This document shows, one piece after another, positions 45,338-54,031 of a DNA stretch of 64,000 bases. The translations under genes were made by a program, and so were the position numbers. Source of the stretch: a virus. The notes beneath the pieces are model-generated. The model was not told where the DNA came from, searched no databases, and worked only from the letters and a program-made list of their open reading frames with translations. The DNA is taken from positions 18,625 to 82,624 of IMG/VR virus record IMGVR_UViG_3300043446_004155; one strand, written 5' to 3'. Position 1 is the first letter of the stretch. Every line of letters begins with the position of its first letter.

Positions 45338-46657
45338 TCAAAGAGAAATTTCTTCCCAATCTAAAGCTGCATAGACATCGTCACCTGCAACTCTTGTTTG
45401 AACAAGCAAAGTAAATTCCTCTGGCGTACCAGCCAGACCATCACGTTGCAGCTGAAACTGGAAGAGTGCTTCTTTCAAGATGTCAAGTGCATTGGCACTC
45501 TGAGTAGTGGATGAGATGTAACCTTTGGCAAGAGTACGCCCCCCACTGGAACTAACGCCGCTTAAGTTGTATTCAACAGAAGACGTATCTCCTGCGCTGG
45601 TCCAAGTACCACCCGATGTTGTGGCGTTGGCTTGCAGTCTCCATTCAAAGAACGCATTATTGCCATCGCCCAAGATGCTTACCGCAGTTGGGATAACAAT
45701 GGCATCAAGTCGATTAGGACTTGTTTTAAGACGAATGGAAACAACAGGATATTGCACACCGGTTGCAGTCAAGTCTCTTGGAGTACTGATTGGAGTACCG
45801 ATAGCATTTTGCCTACCACGCAACTCGTACCCACCTTCTGAAATAACTGTTGAGCAAACTTGTTTTAATGTGCTAATACTTGCAGTCGTATTTAAGTTTT
45901 CAATTTCATAACGCAACGGAAGTGATGCCGTAGTGATGTAAGTAGCAGTGATGAAGTTAGCGTGGTGGAATGAATGACAATGAATAAAAATACCATCAAT
46001 TACAAAACCAAGGCGAACAGTACCAAGACCAAGCCACTCCACATCCATCCAGAGGATTTGTGCTTTGGTAATATCTAACGTTTTACCAGAAGGACCGGTG
46101 CCATCTAGTTTGTCAATATTCCAGCTGCTTTGATTTACTACAGTTTCTGTAGCTGCACCAGTTACATAACTTCTTTCAACAAAACTCAGAGTTGAATTTT
46201 GTAATTGTAAGTAAAGCCCATTGTCACTACCAAAGTAACCAACCCGCTGACGCAGGTTGGTCTTAGCAGGATTCATAACAAAAGTTGTAAGAATTAAAAG
46301 TGACTTCCCTGGCTGGTAAGAAAATACTTTTTTGGTTTCACGTTTGACGTATGCACCTGAGGTGGTAGGTACATTAAGAGCAACAAGACCAGCATTGGCA
46401 TCAAACGTTGCATCGGATCCAACACCAGTAGCTGTAGCCCAAAGACCATTGTCTTGATAACGATGACTGGAATCAAAAAGAGTTAGTGGATTAGATACGC
46501 GAGCACGACCAAAAGCATCAGCAGCCGTAGTGCCAGCAGGTGTTATAGAAACAGGATATCCACTGACTGTTGTGACTTCTAAAGGGCGCCCACTACAGGT
46601 CTGAACCTTTTCAACGTGATACAAGTGTGTATCAGTTGGGTCTCTGTAATTAGGCAT
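45338..46657 (-). CDS. Beta-rich virion structural protein
   Basis: DAFGRARVSNPLTLFDS, YQPGKS, EWLGLGTVRLGF, LPLRYEI. Confidence 0.65.
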   Translation of the reverse strand: MPNYRDPTDTHLYHVEKVQTCSGRPLEVTTVSGYPVSITPAGTTAADAFGRARVSNPLTLFDSSHRYQDNGLWATATGVGSDATFDANAGLVALNVPTTSGAYVKRETKKVFSYQPGKSLLILTTFVMNPAKTNLRQRVGYFGSDNGLYLQLQNSTLSFVERSYVTGAATETVVNQSSWNIDKLDGTGPSGKTLDITKAQILWMDVEWLGLGTVRLGFVIDGIFIHCHSFHHANFITATYITTASLPLRYEIENLNTTASISTLKQVCSTVISEGGYELRGRQNAIGTPISTPRDLTATGVQYPVVSIRLKTSPNRLDAIVIPTAVSILGDGNNAFFEWRLQANATTSGGTWTSAGDTSSVEYNLSGVSSSGGRTLAKGYISSTTQSANALDILKEALFQFQLQRDGLAGTPEEFTLLVQTRVAGDDVYAALDWEEISL

Positions 46658-46702
46658 AACGTGTTTACACTTTTTATTATTCTAAGTTGAATAAGTTAAT
46701 AC

Positions 46703-46730
46703 AAAAAAGCAGTGACCTAACGGCCACTGC
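46703..46730 (-). terminator. Intrinsic terminator closing the early/replication arm
   Basis: GCAGTG...CACTGC followed by T6 on the - strand. Confidence 0.7.
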
Positions 46731-46750
46731 AAAGTAAACGTTTCAATGAA

Positions 46751-47155
46751 TCAATCGTTATTTACATTCTGCAGTAGTTTGATTAGTTTTTGGTTTTCAT
46801 CAGCATTCTTTTGGTAGAACTGCCAGTTGTCATAGACCACTTCAAGTAGTACTTCAAAGAATTCATCACCAGACAGGACGTTGGTATCAACAAATTCACT
46901 GACGGTATCTGCCAGATATTCACGCAGCCGTTCTTTTGACTTGGCCTTGGACTCTTGGAAGAACATGGAAGTCTTAGTACCAGCACCTAAGAGCACGTCA
47001 GCTTCTGGTTTGAAGTTGTTTTTGATGTAGTTGCTCATTTGCTCAGAAGATTCACGAGCACTTTTGGCGTCTTGAGGAGCGGGAGTCTTTAGTTTATTTG
47101 GAAACTCGTTAAAGGCTTCTTTATAGATTTGATCAAGATTGGTAATGCTTTCCAA
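46751..47155 (-). CDS. Hypothetical protein
   Basis: ORF. Confidence 0.55.
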   Translation of the reverse strand: MESITNLDQIYKEAFNEFPNKLKTPAPQDAKSARESSEQMSNYIKNNFKPEADVLLGAGTKTSMFFQESKAKSKERLREYLADTVSEFVDTNVLSGDEFFEVLLEVVYDNWQFYQKNADENQKLIKLLQNVNND

Positions 47156-47375
47156 AGTAAGTGGCGAGATCGGTTACAGCTTGATGATACCCCTCTAGCC
47201 AACCATCTGGTTTTGGATGTTTACATTTCGGATCATTTTGTTGTGTTACATAGGAGATGTAATTAATGTCCAGTTGCCTTAGGGCACCTGTAAAAGATTG
47301 ATCATCCATAAAAAAAAGAGGATGCTTCTATGTTGAAACACCCTCCCATTCTAAGTTGTAGTCAAGATTACGTTC

Positions 47376-47666
47376 TTAAGAAACAATGACTTCCTGACTT
47401 TCAAACTTACCAGCTTCTAGGTCTGCAACAAATTGAAGGCGACGGAAATATTCATCACGGCAGTAAGGAGCTGCTTCATTAATGGCAAAGGCTGTCCACA
47501 GTCCAGTGTACAAACCATCTTGCCGTCTGGAGCACTGGTACATATGCTCCATGAAATCAGCCTTGCGTTGTTCCGCAGCTGCATCCCAGTTGGCAAGTTG
47601 CTCTTTTAGCCAAGGCGTATCAAAAGCACCAGCAGTATTCAGTTTCTTAGCGAGGTCTTCAGTCAT
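47376..47666 (-). CDS. Hypothetical protein
   Basis: Coupled ORF. Confidence 0.6.
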   Translation of the reverse strand: MTEDLAKKLNTAGAFDTPWLKEQLANWDAAAEQRKADFMEHMYQCSRRQDGLYTGLWTAFAINEAAPYCRDEYFRRLQFVADLEAGKFESQEVIVS

Positions 47667-47856
47667 TGAAATTGATTGCTGTTACAGAAGTATAGACACC
47701 TTTGACGCTGGGGCTCGCTTCAAAGAGAAGATTATCAAGTTCTTCTTGAAGGCCTTCTGCGATTTCATCGGCAGTCTTGCCACCGAAAGAATTGTATTCA
47801 ACGTCCAGGTCAACCGCAAACGATACAGTTAACGTTGGTACAGCAACCTTTTCCAT
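47659..47856 (-). CDS. Hypothetical protein
   Basis: ORF. Confidence 0.55.
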   Translation of the reverse strand: MEKVAVPTLTVSFAVDLDVEYNSFGGKTADEIAEGLQEELDNLLFEASPSVKGVYTSVTAINFND

Positions 47857-47899
47857 TGAGAGAAGTAAAGACTTAGTTACTGTAGCAGTAATTTAATTT

Positions 47900-48163
47900 T
47901 TACTGACCGTACAGACGCTCAAGCGAATGAGCTTGATGATCCTGGTAATAACCAAGCCGTTGTTGAATAAGGTTGTAGTAATTGATGGCGGCATCGACCA
48001 TCTCTTCTGCGTCCATAGATGCAGCAAGGTTTTCATTAGAAAGCATGGCTGCCGTCAAAATGACAACACCATGCTCAATCTTGGAACCAATGGTTGCAGA
48101 CAGGGGAGTCCCATCGCTGGTAAACCCAGCAATCATTTTGTTGAGAACTGGATCACCGCCCAT
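47900..48163 (-). CDS. Hypothetical protein
   Basis: ORF. Confidence 0.55.
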   Translation of the reverse strand: MGGDPVLNKMIAGFTSDGTPLSATIGSKIEHGVVILTAAMLSNENLAASMDAEEMVDAAINYYNLIQQRLGYYQDHQAHSLERLYGQ

Positions 48164-48199
48164 AAGACTCCTTTGCGTGTCTACTTATTGTATTGCAGC

Positions 48200-48544
48200 T
48201 TATTTATCTCCCCGTGCGGTGACATACCAATAAGCATGACGTGCATTCTGGTGGAACCGTTTGCCAGATAACAACTTGAGCTTGCGTTCTTCTAGCTCAT
48301 CCAACTTGGATTCTTGGTAAAGAGGCAAGTCTTTACCATCTTCACAGATCATGCTGATCTCGATATCAATCATGTCGATTTGCATCTGGAAGTCATCGAC
48401 CGATTGCTGGTGACAACACATCATGATATGTGCGTCTTCTAGATCAGTCGGCGGAGTCAAGTTCCGGTAGAAACTCTCCGTGATATTCGGGTGCTTGTGC
48501 TTCCATCCGCTTGGTAGAGAAGAGACGGTTTTTTCGGATTGCAT
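48200..48544 (-). CDS. Hypothetical coiled-coil protein (start inferred)
   Basis: 3' part of track ORF 48200-48844. Confidence 0.45.
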   Translation of the reverse strand: MQSEKTVSSLPSGWKHKHPNITESFYRNLTPPTDLEDAHIMMCCHQQSVDDFQMQIDMIDIEISMICEDGKDLPLYQESKLDELEERKLKLLSGKRFHQNARHAYWYVTARGDK

Positions 48545-49157
48545 ACTGTTGTTCAACTTTGACTCCTTGGGGGAGGTGTTCACCGTTTTGGTAAGCGTCA
48601 CGGATGGCATCAAGATTGGGGAGGGTTTCGAGTTTTGTTTTGGGTTCAGTTCGTTCTGAGAGAACTTCTCCTGACATTGAACGTACCACGATTCTCTTGG
48701 TTGTGGTGACTTCCTGCTGGATGCAGTATTTAGATCTTTCGTCAGTGTGCCAAAACTCCGGATCCGATGTGATCTCGACCGTGAGCTCCTTCTTTTTGGA
48801 GAGGACAAACTCATAGTTTCTGCCTTGGATTCGATTTGAGTCAAGCGGCAGTGCCCGCCGCAACCAGCTTAGTAGATTTTTCAATTGGTTAAGCTGGCTC
48901 TCATGATGGCGCTTGGCCTGGCTAATGAGGTCGCCTTCCTTCTTGATGCGCTCTAGGGCGTCCTCGTGGGAAGCCATTGCGTAATAGATGCGATCAATCT
49001 TTTCAGATCGCATGAGTGCACAAGCTTCCAGCTCAGCCTTTGCCAATTCTTGGGACTCAGGAGTGAGGAGAGGAAGAGAGCGTTCCAGGGCACCATAGTG
49101 CTCGTAAAGCTTGATGATGTTGAGATCTTCAAGTTTAGTTTGAGTGATCTTGGACAT
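48444..49157 (-). CDS. Siphovirus Gp157-like protein
   Basis: EKIDRI...IKKEGD...KRHHESQLNQLK; PNLDAIRDA...LPQGVKV. Confidence 0.6.
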   Translation of the reverse strand: MSKITQTKLEDLNIIKLYEHYGALERSLPLLTPESQELAKAELEACALMRSEKIDRIYYAMASHEDALERIKKEGDLISQAKRHHESQLNQLKNLLSWLRRALPLDSNRIQGRNYEFVLSKKKELTVEITSDPEFWHTDERSKYCIQQEVTTTKRIVVRSMSGEVLSERTEPKTKLETLPNLDAIRDAYQNGEHLPQGVKVEQQYAIRKNRLFSTKRMEAQAPEYHGEFLPELDSAD

Positions 49158-49159
49158 GA

Positions 49160-49279
49160 TCAAATGGTGTTGAATTGGGATTGAAGTTTGTTGAGCACAT
49201 AGGTCAGCAGCATTCCTGCCGCTGCCCAAAGTAAATCTTTAACAACAGGAATAACAATGCCAAGGATGGATTCAAACAT
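49160..49279 (-). CDS. 39-aa membrane peptide
   Basis: MFESILGIVIPVVKDLLWAAAGMLLTYVLNKLQSQFNTI, preceded by the pseudoknot motif. Confidence 0.55.
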   Translation of the reverse strand: MFESILGIVIPVVKDLLWAAAGMLLTYVLNKLQSQFNTI

Positions 49280-49300
49280 GATGAAATGAAATGAGTTGGA

Positions 49301-49328
49301 TGGTCAGTTTAAAGTCATGACCAGGACC
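49301..49328 (-). promoter_or_regulatory. Leader pseudoknot motif copy
   Basis: GGUC-C-UGGUCA-U-GACU-UUAAAC-UGACCA. Confidence 0.8.
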
Positions 49329-49333
49329 ATGAA

Positions 49334-49717
49334 TCAATCGTTGGCAATACCGTTAAGACCAGCTTTGGTAATGGTTACCAAGTTACTGATGTAATCAGTA
49401 AGTGCATCAACCTTTGCACTAAGTGATTGGACTTCTGCCATTAGCTCTTCCCTGGTGGGAGTGATACCAAAGATCTCAACCGTTGCTTCTTTCAAAGCCT
49501 CCGGATTGTTGCTCTTTTGGTAACGCCGACAGTCATCATTGGTTGTGTACACAGCTTCCTGGTACAGATCCAAGATTGTTTTGAAGTCTGCATTACCAAC
49601 ACCTTCTTCTGCCATGATGTTGCAGGTGTCTAAGTACAGCTTGGCAGAAGCACGAATGTTCTTATTAAAGAACTCACTGTACTGTTCAGACGTTAAACCG
49701 TAAGTGTCAATCGACAT
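49334..49717 (-). CDS. Hypothetical protein
   Basis: ORF; start MSIDTY inferred. Confidence 0.55.
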   Translation of the reverse strand: MSIDTYGLTSEQYSEFFNKNIRASAKLYLDTCNIMAEEGVGNADFKTILDLYQEAVYTTNDDCRRYQKSNNPEALKEATVEIFGITPTREELMAEVQSLSAKVDALTDYISNLVTITKAGLNGIAND

Positions 49718-49860
49718 GAGAGTCAAGAGCATTGTGTAATGCGTCAAGCATAAAGGCTTTTTGACCTTCTTCACCAAGGGATGTCCAGTACTCCATCTCT
49801 GGATCTGTTTCATCCCAGGTGACGGTGATAGTCATGGTGCCATCCGGCTCATCAAGGCAT

Positions 49861-50091
49861 TCAATCTTGAGCTTTTCGATCCAGTTCAGATTCGACATGG
49901 CTAATGAGGACATTGATTGCGTAGTCTTCGTGGTGCATCTTAAGGTCAGCGGCTAGCTTGACAAGCTCCCAGTGGGTGTCTTCAGGGATTTCAAGGTCAT
50001 AACATTTGTCGCCAGGGATTGATGAAATGCGTGGTTGCATGGCTAGTTGACGTGCGTATTCAAGGATGTCATCAAAGATTAAATCACTCAT
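49861..50091 (-). CDS. Hypothetical protein
   Basis: Coupled ORF. Confidence 0.5.
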   Translation of the reverse strand: MSDLIFDDILEYARQLAMQPRISSIPGDKCYDLEIPEDTHWELVKLAADLKMHHEDYAINVLISHVESELDRKAQD

Positions 50092-51029
50092 TTCTTAATT
50101 GCAGACTTGAGTTGTGGTAATGAGGTGCCAGGAAATGGAGCATAACCAGCCTCCATCATATTGAAGAACAGATCCCAGGCATCGTTCTGTGTGAACACCT
50201 CCTTAGGTTTGTAGGTACGCCAATGGCTAAGCGGAGCCTGCGCACCAGATTTGGTGTGAAGCAAAACAAAGCGTCCATCACTGGTGTGATCCACAGGCGG
50301 TGCATACCACCAAGCCACACACTTATCAGGTGTGCCACTGGGGCTGGCATTCCTTACTTCCGTGCGTTTGCATAGAAGCTCCCTGTACTTGTTGAACCAA
50401 GTCAGGTGGATGCACCAGGGCTTGAATCCCTGGATCTCTTCTTTGAAAGTAGCAAGGTTACCGAGCTGACGTTGAAAGGACCCACACGAGCATGTAGGTT
50501 CGCCAAAGATGGGCCGTTGTTCAGAACTTTCATCCAGTTCAGAGTCCATATCAAGCGGCCGATCCGCAAGCCGCATTCCGTCTGGCGCAACCAAATGGCC
50601 CAGGTCGGTCTGATCAGACTGAAGAAGGGTCGTGACTTTAGCTGGGTCTGACAGATGAATGAATTTGTCAGCCCAATGCGCCTGAAGCTTGGCATTGGAA
50701 CTCAGGTGTCCGAGTGCGTGCGTGTAGTTCCAGCCCTTAAACAGTATATAAGCATTGTGATGCCATACACTAGGGCCACGATAGTTGGGGCCAAGATACG
50801 AAAAGAAATCCTTAATACGGTTAGTGTAATGCTGGAATGCCTTGCAAATTAATTCCCGGTTGTAAGTCTGCTGACTACCATCATGACGCACCACAAGGCA
50901 ATCATCACCTCGCAGATAGATCCCAGCAATGCCGGTGTCATCAAAATCCTGGTAGGCACGGCGGATGTTCGTGCGTGTGTAGATACACGCCTGCGCCGCA
51001 TTGAGTTCCGTCTGGAGTGGAGTGGACAT
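50088..51029 (-). CDS. SWIM-type Zn-finger protein
   Basis: TCSCGSF...WCIHL. Confidence 0.65.
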   Translation of the reverse strand: MSTPLQTELNAAQACIYTRTNIRRAYQDFDDTGIAGIYLRGDDCLVVRHDGSQQTYNRELICKAFQHYTNRIKDFFSYLGPNYRGPSVWHHNAYILFKGWNYTHALGHLSSNAKLQAHWADKFIHLSDPAKVTTLLQSDQTDLGHLVAPDGMRLADRPLDMDSELDESSEQRPIFGEPTCSCGSFQRQLGNLATFKEEIQGFKPWCIHLTWFNKYRELLCKRTEVRNASPSGTPDKCVAWWYAPPVDHTSDGRFVLLHTKSGAQAPLSHWRTYKPKEVFTQNDAWDLFFNMMEAGYAPFPGTSLPQLKSAIKK

Positions 51030-51059
51030 TGGGTTGAGTTGGGTTGAGTGAATGAGGAG

Positions 51060-51269
51060 TTAGACGTGCCAGAAGGAGTCGTCCTCCTGGTTCCTCTCCT
51101 TGAGCGTAGCATCATGCTTGGCCTTTTGGTAGGCGGCTTTCCCCATTCGATAGGTTCCATAAAGAACGGCTGCCCAGCAAACGGGGTTACCAAGGATAGC
51201 TGCAATTGAACCAGCGACAACTGCTGTTGCGCCTGCGGTTTTGAGAGCGGACTTTTCTTCAGGTTTCAT
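51060..51269 (-). CDS. Small hydrophobic protein
   Basis: ORF with a TM-like segment. Confidence 0.5.
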   Translation of the reverse strand: MKPEEKSALKTAGATAVVAGSIAAILGNPVCWAAVLYGTYRMGKAAYQKAKHDATLKERNQEDDSFWHV

Positions 51270-51349
51270 TGTGTGATTGTTAACACAAACGGAAAGTTTG
51301 AATGTGTTTTAAATAGATGAGTAGAATTAGTGTAACAATTTAATACACA

Positions 51350-51607
51350 ATGGACGAAATCAAGTACGTACCGTTAACCAAATTCCAGATTGAACCAACG
51401 CTTGATGATAAGTTTTGGTTAGAAAAAATCAAACGGTCAATTCAGGATTGTGATTCGGTAAGTGCCTTGAAAGAAATGGCGACCTTGCTTGCGCAGATCG
51501 CCACGAATCGTCAAGGTGTTATTCGTGGGTTGGTCCAAGACATGTTCATCTTCAACAATGTTTCAGTTGAACCTGACGGTTTGGCCAACCCAGAAATCAA
51601 ACCTTAA
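51350..51607 (+). CDS. Second NblA-like helix-loop-helix protein
   Basis: PTLDDKFWLEKIKRSIQDCDSVSALKEMATLL; own TAGAAT promoter; opposite strand to neighbours. Confidence 0.4.
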   Translation: MDEIKYVPLTKFQIEPTLDDKFWLEKIKRSIQDCDSVSALKEMATLLAQIATNRQGVIRGLVQDMFIFNNVSVEPDGLANPEIKP

Positions 51608-52620
51608 AGACCCTCGTCCTCACCAGTCATGGGGTCACGAGCAGGCAGTGCCTTGACTTCAAGTGCATCCGTGGTACGGGACACAGGAAGAATCTCAACA
51701 CCTTGCTTGATGCCATAGGCACCACCCAGCTTCTCAGCATCCTGCTTGGCATGCTGATTGATGTAATCGTTGAACATCTCCTGGAACTTCCAGGTTGATT
51801 CACGATCTTCATCGGGAATCGAGAGACGGCTCAGTGATTCAATCGCTGCATCCTGATTGCTGTAATCAGGAATCTCAAAGGATTCAATGGCGCAGATCTC
51901 TACGTTGTTTGCACCACGCATGTCATTGACAAGCACCGGGCAGAACACCGTAGTGGCATAAAACTTCTCATTGAAGCTCAGCGGAATCTCAGAGTCCAGT
52001 GCTTTTGACAGACACTTGGACATCTCCTTTTCATACATCCGAATCTTCTCAGATGCATCAGTGCCATTGAGACCCTTCAGCGTGAGCACCATGGGGATGT
52101 CATGGGCACGCTTGTTGTCCTGGGTAACGATATAGATCAGATACTTTGTACGCACACTGTACTTACGCTTGTACATCTCGCCCTTGCTGTTGGCAAGGTC
52201 GGCTGCAATCTTATCGGCTTCCCAAAGTTCTTTGACTTCAGGTGAATCAAATGTGCCAACCACCTGTCGCATTCCAGTGGTTTCTTCCACCATCAAAGGT
52301 GAACGCAGCAGAACCTGAACACGTGGCTCAGTAAAGTTCAGTCCTTCCTCGATGGAAGTATTAGGCGCCATGCCAAAGGTTTGTTTGTAGTCCCAGATGA
52401 CAGAGCCCTTGACAAAATCCGATTCAGTGGCTGTCCACTTGCAGTTGTCCAGATCAGATTTACGAACAAACCAACCGCGTGTTTTTGATTTGTTGAGGGG
52501 TTGAATGGTGACAAGGTTTTGGTAGCCAGATACAAATTCCTTGGATTGAAACATCCGGAAGGAATCAAGTCCTCGGGTTGCAAGCGCAGTGGTTTTCTTG
52601 GTGGTCATGGAAGAGGTCAT
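51604..52620 (-). CDS. Conserved replication-module protein of unknown function
   Basis: Long ORF; start 52620 inferred from the leader motif. Confidence 0.7.
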   Translation of the reverse strand: MTSSMTTKKTTALATRGLDSFRMFQSKEFVSGYQNLVTIQPLNKSKTRGWFVRKSDLDNCKWTATESDFVKGSVIWDYKQTFGMAPNTSIEEGLNFTEPRVQVLLRSPLMVEETTGMRQVVGTFDSPEVKELWEADKIAADLANSKGEMYKRKYSVRTKYLIYIVTQDNKRAHDIPMVLTLKGLNGTDASEKIRMYEKEMSKCLSKALDSEIPLSFNEKFYATTVFCPVLVNDMRGANNVEICAIESFEIPDYSNQDAAIESLSRLSIPDEDRESTWKFQEMFNDYINQHAKQDAEKLGGAYGIKQGVEILPVSRTTDALEVKALPARDPMTGEDEGL

Positions 52621-52640
52621 TGTTAGTTCGTAGTCAGGAG

Positions 52641-52668
52641 TGGACAGTTTTACGTCATGTCCAGGACG
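52641..52668 (-). promoter_or_regulatory. Leader pseudoknot motif copy
   Basis: CGUC-C-UGGACA-U-GACG-UAAAAC-UGUCCA. Confidence 0.8.
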
Positions 52669-52673
52669 TGCCA

Positions 52674-52922
52674 TCAGGTTAGTTGGTCTTGCTGCAAAGG
52701 CAAAGCAGTGACTAGATTTTCTTTACATTCAAAGTAATCTTTAGCAGCTTGGGCCATAGCGCCATAGATGTTGTCATCATGATGGCCGCAGCCACGCATG
52801 AAGTCCACCATTTGCCGCACTAATTCGTCCGTAAAAACCGCATTGAAAGTTACGGTGATACGGGTGGTTCCATCAATGTGCTGCAGAACAAACTGATCGT
52901 TGGTTGTTTGCACCTCAGTCAT
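52674..52922 (-). CDS. Hypothetical protein
   Basis: Coupled ORF. Confidence 0.55.
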   Translation of the reverse strand: MTEVQTTNDQFVLQHIDGTTRITVTFNAVFTDELVRQMVDFMRGCGHHDDNIYGAMAQAAKDYFECKENLVTALPLQQDQLT

Positions 52923-53737
52923 CAGAAGGGAGCCTCTTCAAGATCGGGTGCATTGCCGTAGTGTCCTGGCAGGTCTGGCAGTCCACCACCGGAAGCAACG
53001 TTCCAGGGGTCTTGGTTGTCTTCAGCAGTGCGGCCACCCCAGAGCGGTGCCACGTTGTCAGAACTGGCAACCACAGTTTGAGATCGGATGGTTTGTGATG
53101 CTGTATCACCGGATGCTTTTGGAGCAAGGGTCATGGATACCAGCTGGATCTTGGTGGCGTAGCGCCGCTGGTTGCTTTCTTTGTCTTGCCACGCATCAGT
53201 CACCAATCTGCCATTGATAGTCAGGCCAGTTCCTTTGCGCGTGAAGTCAACAAGCAGTTGAGCATTATTCAGTTTGTCGTTGTGTGAATTGATGGCATAG
53301 AAATTGAAGAGGTCAGCTTGATTCCGGCCAGTGTTCACAGACAGCGTCTGATTGCAAATCATCAGACCATCTGCCGTTGTCTTGAAGGCACGGGCATCGT
53401 CCTGCTGGATGTCCTTGACACAACGTCCACTAAGGATAACTGTATTTAAGATGGGGAATGCTTCTGTGACAGGAGCAATGACACCACCGTGAAGTGAATA
53501 GGTGCGTGACTCCAGATCAAAACGCAGCTTGGCGCCATGGATGTAGATCAATGCACCTTTTGGTGTACGTGCAAAACGCTCAGAGTTTTTGCCATAAACA
53601 TTGAGTTCGATTGGAGTTGCAGCTTTGTTACCTACTGGAGGCAACAAAACATTACAGCGCAGTGCAGTTGAAGTAGCCGAGGTATAAACCTCACGCGGTT
53701 CTTCAGTGGTCTGCGCACAAACAAAAGCTTGGTTCAT
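52922..53737 (-). CDS. ssb: Single-stranded DNA-binding protein (tandem OB folds)
   Basis: NTVILSGR, KGTGLTINGRL..DAWQDKE, acidic tail LEEAPF. Confidence 0.85.
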   Translation of the reverse strand: MNQAFVCAQTTEEPREVYTSATSTALRCNVLLPPVGNKAATPIELNVYGKNSERFARTPKGALIYIHGAKLRFDLESRTYSLHGGVIAPVTEAFPILNTVILSGRCVKDIQQDDARAFKTTADGLMICNQTLSVNTGRNQADLFNFYAINSHNDKLNNAQLLVDFTRKGTGLTINGRLVTDAWQDKESNQRRYATKIQLVSMTLAPKASGDTASQTIRSQTVVASSDNVAPLWGGRTAEDNQDPWNVASGGGLPDLPGHYGNAPDLEEAPF

Positions 53738-53759
53738 GATGTTCCAAAGGGTTGTGTGA

Positions 53760-53789
53760 GAGGCAGTTTAACGTCTTACCTCAAGGACG
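53760..53789 (-). promoter_or_regulatory. Leader pseudoknot motif copy upstream of ssb
   Basis: CGUC-CUU-GAGGUA-A-GACG-UUAAAC-UGCCUC. Confidence 0.75.
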
Positions 53790-54027
53790 AGACCACAACT
53801 TCACCATTTGAATCTATGGGTCGACCTTCTCGATCCCAACATTGATGACAATCAGGACACTGATAATGATGACAGCGGTCAGTGCCGAGATACTCCACGC
53901 CAAATACACGACTAAAGAACTTCGAATCGGGTGAATAATAACCCTTATCAATTGACTCTTGTGGGATATAAGAAATTACCCAGTTTGCATTACAGCTGGG
54001 ACAGTTCTCTAGCTTGGTGATGTCCAT
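53776..54027 (-). CDS. Zn-ribbon protein
   Basis: CPSC...CPDC. Confidence 0.65.
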   Translation of the reverse strand: MDITKLENCPSCNANWVISYIPQESIDKGYYSPDSKFFSRVFGVEYLGTDRCHHYQCPDCHQCWDREGRPIDSNGEVVVSSLR

Positions 54028-54031
54028 GGTG

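Noticed and set aside
51332-51346. NtcA box before the second nblA-like gene
   Set aside because: Spacing is GTA-N9-TAC, not N8
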